NCBI GenBank assembly: GCA_023266695.1
Contig: JAHFPO010000002.1
Location: forward strand, 1-40,496
Origin: Hyphomicrobiales bacterium
GTDB taxonomy: Bacteria > Pseudomonadota > Alphaproteobacteria > Rhizobiales > Xanthobacteraceae
DNA: 40,496 bases
Direction: 5' to 3'
The position numbers were made by a program, and so were the translations under genes. Below the pieces are notes generated by a model that saw only the letters and a program-made list of their open reading frames with translations, ran no database searches and was not told the origin of the DNA. Of this stretch, positions 35,314-40,496 are shown piece by piece (the first letter of the stretch is position 1; every line of letters starts with the position of its first letter).

Positions 35314-36057
35314 ATGCTTTCCCGCCGTGTCGCCTACGCCCATACCGCAAGCGCGCTCGCCGCGCTGGTCTTGTCGCTCGCGCTCTCGGCCCCGGCGGCG
35401 GCGCAGGAGCGATCCAGGTCGACGCTCTCGGTCGTGGGCGAAGGGCAGGCGCGGGTGCAGCACGACCTCGCCGTCGTCACGGTCGGCGTCGTCTCGCAGG
35501 CGGGCCACGCCAAGGATGCTCTCGCCGAGAACTCGAAGGCGACGGGCGAGGTGATCGCAGCGGCGAAGCAGGCGGGCATCGAAGCCAATGACCTCGAGAC
35601 CACGCGCGTCTCGGTGCAGCCGCAATATTCCTATCCGCCCTCGGGCTCGCGCGAGCCGCGCAAGATCGTCGGCTACGAAGTGAGCAACGCGCTCTCGATC
35701 CGCGTACGCGAGCTCGACAAGCTCGGGCCTTTGCTCGACCGGCTGGTGGTGGCCGGCGCCAACCAGATCCGCAACGTCGAACTCTCGGTCGCCGAGCCGG
35801 GACCCTCGCGCGATTTGGCGCGCGCGGCGGCGATGAAGGACGCCGTGCGCAAGGCCGGCATCTATGCCGAGGCGGCGGGGGTGCGCATCGTGCGGGTGAT
35901 ATCGATCGCGGAGGGCCAACAGGACGGGCCGCGCCCGCCCGTGCTTCGGACGCTGGCGGCGGGCGCGCCGGAAGCGCGCGCGGCGGTGCCGGTCGAAGCC
36001 GGCGAGCAGGAATTCCGCAGCCGCGTCACCGCCGTCTTCGAGATCGAGCCGCGCTGA
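35314..36057 (+). CDS. SIMPL-domain (DUF541, BP26/Omp28-like) periplasmic protein
   Basis: Internal ATG 35314 of ORF 35128..36057. It has a signal peptide, then LSVVGEGQARVQHDLAVVTVGV...KIVGYEVSNALSIRVRELDKLG...AGANQI, typical of the SIMPL family. Confidence 0.8.
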   Translation: MLSRRVAYAHTASALAALVLSLALSAPAAAQERSRSTLSVVGEGQARVQHDLAVVTVGVVSQAGHAKDALAENSKATGEVIAAAKQAGIEANDLETTRVSVQPQYSYPPSGSREPRKIVGYEVSNALSIRVRELDKLGPLLDRLVVAGANQIRNVELSVAEPGPSRDLARAAAMKDAVRKAGIYAEAAGVRIVRVISIAEGQQDGPRPPVLRTLAAGAPEARAAVPVEAGEQEFRSRVTAVFEIEPR

Positions 36058-36085
36058 ACGCAAACGTAAGGGTCTAAAAGCAAAC

Positions 36086-36122
36086 GAGCGCGTCGCAAGG
36101 CCAATCGGCCCGCGAAGCGCTC
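36086..36122 (-). terminator. hairpin 3' of the first Lys-tail gene (family hairpin)
   Basis: Arms GAGCGCGTCGC / GCGAAGCGCTC with one mismatch and a 15-nt loop. There is no clear U-tract. Confidence 0.35.
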
Positions 36123-36189
36123 GCGCTCATCCGTTTCCGGACTGGTCGGATCGTGGATGGCGGCCGTTCGGCCGCCGCCGGCACGAACC

Positions 36190-36441
36190 TTACTTCTTCT
36201 TCTTCTTGCCCTTCTTCTTGCCCTTCTTCTTCGCCCCGTCGTCCCACCGATCGTGCCAGGAGTCATGCCACCAGCACAGCGGCGTGACCCGGGGCCGGTC
36301 CATGGTCAAATGGCACCATGCCCAGCTGCCGACAATGACGCCCGCAGCAACGGCGCCGCCGTCCGCGCGCGCCGGTGCAGTCGGCAGGGCGCTGAACGCC
36401 AAGGCCAGAGTCGCGGCGATTACGAGACCTAATTTTCTCAT
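36190..36441 (-). CDS. small exported Trp/His/Cys-rich protein with poly-Lys tail
   Basis: 83 aa with a GGGGAG SD. Sequence: MRKLGLVIAATLALAFSALPTAPARA signal peptide, then ...WAWCHLTMDRPRVTPLCWWHDSWHDRWDDGAKKKGKKKGKKKKK. Confidence 0.55.
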   Translation of the reverse strand: MRKLGLVIAATLALAFSALPTAPARADGGAVAAGVIVGSWAWCHLTMDRPRVTPLCWWHDSWHDRWDDGAKKKGKKKGKKKKK

Positions 36442-36623
36442 GTTGCTCCCCTTTCAGCCCAAAATGGGATGATCACGAGATTAGATTCCCTTCAAATCAT
36501 GTCGGAAGTCAATCGCTACCGTGGGCTGGCGACCAAAAAATGCAGGAAAAATCCCACTTCGCACGGGATTTTTTTGCGACGCACAAGTAAATCGAGCAGA
36601 CCTCGTTCCATGCACCGGATGTT

Positions 36624-36672
36624 TGTTCATCTCGCATTCATCTGGGCGGCATTTCGTTCATCTGGCGTTCAT
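36624..36672 (+). promoter_or_regulatory. four phased TTCATCT direct repeats (two 7+4+7 boxes)
   Basis: TTCATCT occurs at 36626, 36637, 36657 and 36668 (spacings 11, 20, 11). The array lies between divergent genes, about 275 nt upstream of the deacetylase ATG. Confidence 0.35.
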
Positions 36673-36948
36673 CTCGCGGGCCGCGCCGGCGGCGGATCGT
36701 CGCGGCATTCGCTTGCCGTCGCGGGCTGCCGGTGATTCGTCTCGCCTCGGCCCGACTTCGCTTGATCCCGCCCGGCGGGCCGCGCGGGAGGGACGGGCGA
36801 GCCGGCGCTTTCCGGATCGAGGTGGGACCGCTCCCACGGCCGGCCGGGGGCGCCCGGCCGGTCACCAAATCCCGTGGCACCGCTGCCGTTTCTGATCTAA
36901 GATCGTCCGCTGGATCCTTTCATGCGACCGGTTCGAGGGAGTGAAGTC

Positions 36949-37848
36949 ATGCGTATGGTTGTTGCGTGCGTAGTTGTGATGTCGATGTCGGCGGCGGCCG
37001 CGGGCGCCGCGCAGGCGCAAAATGCACCGGCTCGGTCCGCCACTCCGCCTGCTGCCGCCTCTCCCGCCGCCGCCTGCACCAATCCCGACGCGCTCGGCGT
37101 ATCGCGCACGGTCGAGATCGACACCACCGGCGGGCCCGGCTTCGGCTTCGAACATTTCAAGCAGCACGATTTCCTCAAGCGGAACGAAGTGGTGCTGACC
37201 TTCGACGATGGCCCGTGGCCGGGAAATACGCCGGCCGTGCTCAAGGCGCTGGCGGACCAATGCATCAAGGCCACCTTCTTCCCGATCGGCAAGCACGCGA
37301 CCTGGTACCCGGAGATTCTCAAGCAGGTGGCGGAAGCCGGGCACACGATCGGCAACCACACCTGGTCGCACAAGAACCTCGACAAGATGAAGTTCGAGGA
37401 CGCCAAGACCGAGATCGAGAAGGGCGCCTCCGCCGTGCACATGTCAGCCGGCGGGCCGACCGCGCCGTTCTTCCGCTTCCCGGTGCTCAAGCATCCGCCG
37501 CAGCTCGTCACCTATCTCGGCGAGCGCAACATCGGCATTTTCTCCACCGACATGGACTCCTTCGACTTCACCATGCGCACCCCCGAACGGGTGATCGAGT
37601 CGGTGATGAAGAAGCTGGAAAAGCACGGCAAGGGCATGGTGCTGCTGCATGATTTCCAGAAGCACACGGCCGAGGCGCTGCCGGAGCTTCTCACCCGCCT
37701 GAAGGCCGGCGGCTACAAGATCGTGCACATGAAGGCGAAGGCGCCGATCACCACGCTGCCGGAATATGACGAGTTGGTGCTGAAGGACCAGAAGCTGCCG
37801 ACGGTCAACACCCGCCCGACTTCCAGCGTGGTGCGCACGATCGAATGA
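36949..37848 (+). CDS. polysaccharide deacetylase (NodB homology domain), exported
   Basis: Internal ATG 36949 of ORF 36922..37848 behind a GAGGGAG SD. It has a signal peptide (MRMVVACVVVMSMSAAAAGAAQA). TFDDGPWPGNT and GHTIGNHTWSH are NodB motifs. Confidence 0.85.
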   Translation: MRMVVACVVVMSMSAAAAGAAQAQNAPARSATPPAAASPAAACTNPDALGVSRTVEIDTTGGPGFGFEHFKQHDFLKRNEVVLTFDDGPWPGNTPAVLKALADQCIKATFFPIGKHATWYPEILKQVAEAGHTIGNHTWSHKNLDKMKFEDAKTEIEKGASAVHMSAGGPTAPFFRFPVLKHPPQLVTYLGERNIGIFSTDMDSFDFTMRTPERVIESVMKKLEKHGKGMVLLHDFQKHTAEALPELLTRLKAGGYKIVHMKAKAPITTLPEYDELVLKDQKLPTVNTRPTSSVVRTIE

Positions 37849-37864
37849 TCGAACGCCCGAAACG

Positions 37865-37903
37865 GATGCGCCTCGCGCGGCCCTGCGGCCGGCGAAGCGC
37901 ATC
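37865..37903 (-). terminator. hairpin 3' of the second Lys-tail gene (family hairpin)
   Basis: Arms GATGCGCCTCGC / GCGAAGCGCATC with one mismatch and a GC-rich loop. There is no clear U-tract. Confidence 0.35.
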
Positions 37904-37925
37904 GCAATAGCGCGAGGACGAAGAA

Positions 37926-38180
37926 TTACTTCTTCTTGTCGTCCTTCTTGGGCTCGGCCTTCTTGGCGGGCTCGGCCTTCTTCTCCATGGCCTTCTTGGC
38001 CTTCTTCTTCTTTTTCTTCTTCTTGGCGGGCTTGGCCGTCTCTTTCTTACCGATCTTGCCGACCTCTTCCATAAAGCCCTGCGAGAGCCGCTTCTGCTCC
38101 GCGGCCTGTACGGACAGGACCGGAGACAGAGCGAGCATCAGCGCAGCGGCCAATGCGATTCCAAGACCAAACTTCTTCAT
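37926..38180 (-). CDS. small exported protein with poly-Lys tail
   Basis: 84 aa with a GGGGGA SD. Sequence: MKKFGLGIALAAALMLALSPVLSVQA signal peptide, QGFMEEVGKIG, then PAKKKKKKKKAKKAMEKKAEPAKKAEPKKDDKKK. Confidence 0.6.
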   Translation of the reverse strand: MKKFGLGIALAAALMLALSPVLSVQAAEQKRLSQGFMEEVGKIGKKETAKPAKKKKKKKKAKKAMEKKAEPAKKAEPKKDDKKK

Positions 38181-38220
38181 GAGGTATCCCCCTGATCTTC
38201 ACCTGGAGTGAAGTGACGGT

Positions 38221-38249
38221 ATTTTTCGCATGGGGGCGGGCGGCGTCAA
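38221..38249 (-). promoter_or_regulatory. putative promoter of 37926-38180
   Basis: On the minus strand, TTGACG (38249-38244), 17 nt, then AAAAAT (38226-38221). The GTTGACGCCGCC block is shared with the paralogue promoter. Confidence 0.4.
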
Positions 38250-38449
38250 CAGCAATTACGCGAATTTTTGTTGTTGATGAATCGGGGCGGGCGCCGAATG
38301 TGAACGGCGGATGAATGAAGCGATCAGAATTCGTTCATTTTGGCGCGCCGGGTGCCCTCCGGGGCGGCAGCGAGCGGCGGCGGGACGGTGGCGGCCGCCT
38401 GAAAACCGGGTAGCAAGCGCCGTCCGCCCATTCCAGTCCCCGGTGCAGA

Positions 38450-38484
38450 AGCGCTTCGCGCGGCCGGGCGGCCGGCGAAGCGCT
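38450..38484 (-). terminator. hairpin 3' of the third Lys-tail gene (family hairpin)
   Basis: Perfect 10-bp arms AGCGCTTCGC / GCGAAGCGCT with a 15-nt GC-rich loop. There is no clear U-tract. Confidence 0.4.
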
Positions 38485-38498
38485 CCTGATTGTCGCGA

Positions 38499-38699
38499 TT
38501 ACTTCTTCTTTTCGGCCTTCTTCTTGGCCGCCTTCTTCTTCTTGGCGGGCGCGGGCTCCCCGATCTTGTCGATCTCTTCCCAGAAGCCCTGGCCGAGCGT
38601 CATCTTCTCCTTGGCCGCATAGGCCGGCTGCATCATGGCCGACGGTGCGACGAGCATCAGCGCGCCGACCGCCGCGAGTGCGAGTCCGAATTTCCTCAT
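38499..38699 (-). CDS. small exported protein with poly-Lys tail (paralogue of 37926-38180)
   Basis: Internal ATG 38699 of ORF 38499..38738, 66 aa. Sequence: MRKFGLALAAVGALMLVAPSAMMQPAYA signal peptide, QGFWEEIDKIG, then PAPAKKKKAAKKKAEKKK. Confidence 0.6.
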   Translation of the reverse strand: MRKFGLALAAVGALMLVAPSAMMQPAYAAKEKMTLGQGFWEEIDKIGEPAPAKKKKAAKKKAEKKK

Positions 38700-38741
38700 G
38701 GTCAACCCCCTGTCGACTCCACGTGATGTGAAGCACACGGC

Positions 38742-38770
38742 ATATGTCCCATGGCTGGCGGCGGCGTCAA
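38742..38770 (-). promoter_or_regulatory. putative promoter of 38499-38699
   Basis: On the minus strand, TTGACG (38770-38765), 17 nt, then ACATAT (38747-38742). It carries the same GTTGACGCCGCC block as at 38241-38252. Confidence 0.4.
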
Positions 38771-38815
38771 CCTGATTCCCGTACGGCGGTTTGCCGGGGG
38801 ATGGCCGGGATGCGC

Positions 38816-39520
38816 TCAGCGGGCAGCGTCCTCTCCGGGCCGATAGGCGAGCTTACGGGCGAGCGTCGCGAGTTCGCAGCCCTCGCAATAGCGGCGGTCC
38901 TTAAAGTCGATCCAGTTGTGGGCATAGATGTGCTCGGCCGGAATGCCGTAGCGCTCCTGCAGGAAGCGCACGAGGATGAGCCAGGCCCGCACCTGGTCCG
39001 CGCTCGGCGGCTTGCGCACGTCGGGATGATTGCCGACGAACTCGACACCGAGCGAGTTCTCCTGGGTGACCGCGCGGTAGGTCCCGGCGTTGTCGATATA
39101 TTTGTTGTCGTTGCGGTTGGCGCCGTCGCCGTGGGTGGGGATCGCGGTCTCGGCGGTCGCCCAATAGACGGTGCCGTCGGTCTCGACCCACAGCGTCACG
39201 CCGCGCTTGGTGGGATTGGCGGCCTGCGCCTGTGCCATCGAGCGCGCCGAGCCCGGCGGTCCCTCGGTCTGATGGACGAGGATGTGTTTCCAGTGCTTGG
39301 CGGCGGCGGGATCGCCGAGCGGAACGAGATAGACGATCGCGAGGCCGGGGATTTTCGGCTCGCCTGCGAGCCGCGCGAGGCGGGCGAGATCGGGAACGGC
39401 GGGCGACTCCTCGGCCGGCGCCGGCCGCGGCACCAGGACGAAAGCGGCGAGGGCGAGCGCGACGAGGGGCCAGCGCGGCAAACCTATCGCTCGGGGACAC
39501 GAACTATTGCGGCGACCCAC
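38816..39520 (-). CDS. N-acetylmuramoyl-L-alanine amidase (Amidase_2 / PGRP fold), exported
   Basis: 234 aa. GTG 39520 lies 6 nt after GGAG. It has a hydrophobic leader (WPLVALALAAFVLV). ILVHQTEG, SLGVEFVGN, and HIYAHNWID...YCEGCE parallel the Amidase_2 pattern (HxT.., IGIE.., GH....CPG). The start is uncertain. Confidence 0.7.
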   Translation of the reverse strand: MGRRNSSCPRAIGLPRWPLVALALAAFVLVPRPAPAEESPAVPDLARLARLAGEPKIPGLAIVYLVPLGDPAAAKHWKHILVHQTEGPPGSARSMAQAQAANPTKRGVTLWVETDGTVYWATAETAIPTHGDGANRNDNKYIDNAGTYRAVTQENSLGVEFVGNHPDVRKPPSADQVRAWLILVRFLQERYGIPAEHIYAHNWIDFKDRRYCEGCELATLARKLAYRPGEDAAR

Positions 39521-39887
39521 GGAACACTCCGTCCTTGAAGAAGACGCGGAAGGGAGTGGTCCCCGAGGCGCCGCCGTCGAAGGCGCGCCACTTGCCGTTG
39601 CGGCACAGCATGCCGCCTTCCGCCGGCACCGCTTCGAACTCGACGAAATTGGGATAGACGTTGCCGCCCGGGCCCGGCTCCACCGCCATGAAGGTGGTGA
39701 GGCACTTGCCGCCGACGATCACCGGGTCATAGCCCTTGATGATGATGCCGCCGCCGCCGGTCGAGGGGAAGGTGCTCTTCAGGAGCGGCCAGCTTGCGTA
39801 ATTCTCCTGCGCTGCCGCGGTACTCACGAAAGAGCCTTGCGCCGCGAGGGCGGCCGCCGCCAGGCAACAAACCGCGAGAATCCGCAT
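39504..39887 (-). CDS. hypothetical exported protein
   Basis: Internal ATG 39887 of ORF 39504..39911 (MRILAVCCLAAAALAAQGSFVSTAAA signal peptide), 127 aa. Its 3' end overlaps the amidase GTG start by 17 nt. Confidence 0.5.
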   Translation of the reverse strand: MRILAVCCLAAAALAAQGSFVSTAAAQENYASWPLLKSTFPSTGGGGIIIKGYDPVIVGGKCLTTFMAVEPGPGGNVYPNFVEFEAVPAEGGMLCRNGKWRAFDGGASGTTPFRVFFKDGVFRGSPQ

Positions 39888-39955
39888 GGCCGACACTCCT
39901 CTCTGTCTCACTCACCCTATACACGCGGGGGCGCCGTTTGGATGCAGGGGCCTCT

Positions 39956-39987
39956 TTTTCCCTCCCCCCTTCTAGGGGGAGGGAAAA
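39956..39987. repeat. 13-bp perfect inverted repeat
   Basis: TTTTCCCTCCCCC (39956-39968), a 6-nt loop, then GGGGGAGGGAAAA (39975-39987), between two minus-strand genes. Confidence 0.6.
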
Positions 39988-40107
39988 CTTGATCGTTCCC
40001 GCGGACGGTTTTCGCGCGTCTGCTCCGGCGCCCGCCTGTGCGCGCAGCTTTTCTGTGAATGCCGCGAAGTGCGCCGCCTCGATCGCCCAGCTGCGCCCGC
40101 CGACCGC

Positions 40108-40496
40108 TCAATTCCGGGGCGCGCCCGCCGCCGGCGCGGTCCAGGCCTTGTAGTCCGCCTCCGATACGCCGGGCAGCTTCTTGACGAAGGCGACGATCGA
40201 CCAGATTTCCTTGTCCGGCGTTCCCACAGGACCGAAGCCCGGCATGCCGGTCATGTTGATGCCGTTCTTGACCACCCAAAAGAGCTCGCGCGGCGCGCGC
40301 TGGTCGGCGATTTTCTTCAGGTCGGGCGGATCGGGGCGCAGGCCCTCGGAGAACTTCGACCACTCCACTCCCGGTCCGCCGTGACAATGCACGCAGCCGC
40401 GCGCGGCGTAGGCGCGCGCGCCGGCCTGCACCGTGGCCGCGTCGTCGAGCGGCAGCGGCGGATTTTCGGTCGCATGGCGGTCGATCGAGGCCATGC
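40108..40496 (-). CDS. c-type cytochrome (class I-like), 5' end probably outside the window
   Basis: It has a haem site (GCVHCH) and a Met-ligand region (GINMTGMPGF). The visible N-terminus lacks a signal peptide and the frame is open to the window edge. Confidence 0.75.
   Translation of the reverse strand, partial: MASIDRHATENPPLPLDDAATVQAGARAYAARGCVHCHGGPGVEWSKFSEGLRPDPPDLKKIADQRAPRELFWVVKNGINMTGMPGFGPVGTPDKEIWSIVAFVKKLPGVSEADYKAWTAPAAGAPRN

Noticed and set aside
39956-39987. The 13-bp-stem hairpin as a rho-independent terminator for the cytochrome c gene.
   Set aside because: No U-tract follows the stem on the minus strand, and the T/A runs are part of the stem itself. It is recorded only as an inverted repeat.
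1-40496. tRNA, rRNA, tmRNA, RNase P RNA, transposase, integrase or prophage genes.
   Set aside because: I scanned for T-loop-like GGTTCGAATCC motifs, conserved rRNA or RNase P blocks, and DDE or tyrosine-recombinase-like ORFs, and found none. An Infernal/tRNAscan run would be needed to be certain.

Overview
High-GC alphaproteobacterial chromosome segment. Sampled 60-nt lines run about 65-72% G+C. Gene content and order look typical of Hyphomicrobiales/Rhizobiales: prs-ctc, lgt-pgeF, ubiK-ybjN-proC, an OmpR/EnvZ-type pair with a MarR gene, ilvE, moaED-pgsA-uvrC, cspA, rlmJ and uvrB. I support about 50 protein genes, mostly on the minus strand. I found no rRNA, tRNA, CRISPR array, integrase or transposase. 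Many long ORFs in the track are GC-rich shadow frames and are rejected below. Four parts stand out. (1) An AT-rich islet of about 2.3 kb (24.3-26.7 kb) carries an apparently intact BglII-family Type II restriction-modification pair, M then R, overlapping by ATGA. An uncharacterised Cys-rich 91-aa gene sits at the operon 3' end, and about 490 bp of non-coding AT-rich DNA lies upstream. (2) A lower-GC three-gene cassette (31.2-32.9 kb) encodes two paralogous small 3-TM proteins and an exported DRGH-type non-specific nuclease. It is wedged 44 nt upstream of uvrB. (3) Three small exported proteins with poly-lysine tails (36.2-38.7 kb) share promoter-like and hairpin flanks. They bracket a NodB-type deacetylase and lie next to an Amidase_2 enzyme. 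A phased TTCATCT direct-repeat array sits in the same region. (4) Several REP-like palindromic element families occur, including an 82-bp tandem duplication and one element embedded in the uvrB C-terminal tail. Other notable genes are a cytochrome P460-family protein, a His-rich exported protein, and an RNase T2 translationally coupled to an unknown exported protein. All calls come from reading the sequence and from remembered family motifs. No database search was run.
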